This document shows positions 63,362 through 64,000 of a stretch of DNA of 64,000 bases, piece by piece. The position numbers and the translations under genes were made by a program. Under the pieces are notes generated by a model. That model had not been told where the DNA came from and made no database searches. It saw only the letters and a program-made list of their open reading frames with translations. The stretch lies in NCBI GenBank assembly GCA_004022145.1, contig RCNU01000001.1; one strand, given 5' to 3'. How positions within the stretch are numbered: position 1 is the first letter of the stretch; each line of letters begins with the position of its first letter. The DNA is from Paecilomyces variotii (taxonomy: Eukaryota).

Positions 63362-64000
63362 CTAATCTTGTTGCAGCTCATTCTCAACAAGCTCAACGAC
63401 GATCTGACAGCGCTCAAATTCTGGATGTTGCATGCAGACCTTGACAGTACGTCCACTACTAGTAGCAGATGTGCCGTTGGCGCGTCCGCCTGCTCCGCCA
63501 GAAAAGTTGACATTGCCACCCATGGAAGAGCTGCTGACGCCGCTGTTTCCAGAGCCAGGCATACTGCTTCCATCATCTAAGCACACGACATTATGTCCCG
63601 GAATGACCTGTCTTAGCCGCCCGTTCATGGCATTGCGAACCTCAATGAAGTCTTCGTTGAGAAGGATAAGGAACTTCCCACACAGACATGCAGTGTGAGC
63701 ACGCCCAACAAACTCCATAACCACGCTGCGAGAGACATCGCCATGTTTGTTGACATAGACGGCGCACTCGGAGTATGCAACCAAAAACTCGCTGTCGCTT
63801 AGTCGGAACATGCCCAAAGGCCGCAAGTCCTTGATCCGATTGGCTATGCTTGTCAGATACGGTTGCGCCTCCGGGATGTCTGACCGCAGATTGGGCACTG
63901 TCCATGGCAACTTTTTATCGAGCGTGAGAACTTCTATACCACGCTGAGTCGAAATAGCAAGTGATGAGTGGAACATGTTGATCCCGTAGCTTTCTGCGGG
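63362..64000 (-). CDS. C-terminal CNH domain of a Rho1 guanine-nucleotide exchange factor (Rom/Tus1 family), 5'-truncated by the window
   Basis: The open frame reaches the window edge. LRPLGMFRLSDSEFLVAYSECAVYVNKHGDVSR and FIEVRNAMNGRLRQVI are typical of fungal Rho-GEF CNH domains. Confidence 0.85.
   Translation of the reverse strand, partial: PAESYGINMFHSSLAISTQRGIEVLTLDKKLPWTVPNLRSDIPEAQPYLTSIANRIKDLRPLGMFRLSDSEFLVAYSECAVYVNKHGDVSRSVVMEFVGRAHTACLCGKFLILLNEDFIEVRNAMNGRLRQVIPGHNVVCLDDGSSMPGSGNSGVSSSSMGGNVNFSGGAGGRANGTSATSSGRTVKVCMQHPEFERCQIVVELVENELQQD

Overview
Intron-rich eukaryotic DNA from a filamentous ascomycete. The gene set, the GT..CTRAY..YAG introns and a RodA-type hydrophobin point to Eurotiales (Aspergillus/Paecilomyces/Talaromyces group); the species cannot be fixed from sequence alone. 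About 26 protein-coding loci were found, mostly housekeeping: GTR1, AP-1 mu (APM1), mitochondrial MRPL15 and IMG1, SDH3, a peroxisomal nitronate monooxygenase-family enzyme, rodA, a WW protein, YAR1, glucosylceramide synthase, RTT109, AIM6-like, HID1, POM34, a degenerate acyl-CoA-synthetase-like protein, a Zn-dependent MDR dehydrogenase, SPS19, ATG33-like, a GYP2/MDR1 RabGAP, and the 3' end of a CNH-domain Rho GEF. No rRNA, tRNA, CRISPR array or intact transposon was recognised. Best leads: (1) the 414-nt last intron of APM1, which folds almost entirely into a nested multi-branched RNA structure; (2) an intronless 786-aa orphan with a coiled coil, about ten periodic LC8/Dyn2-type motifs and a C-terminal membrane anchor, next to an apparently RIP-degraded relic; (3) a 58-aa codon-biased microprotein, missed by the ORF track, with a double-glycine-leader-like segment; (4) a 568-nt 5'-UTR intron of YAR1; (5) a membrane-anchored ANL-fold pseudoenzyme. 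Exon boundaries and helices were derived by eye; no database searches or folding programs were run.
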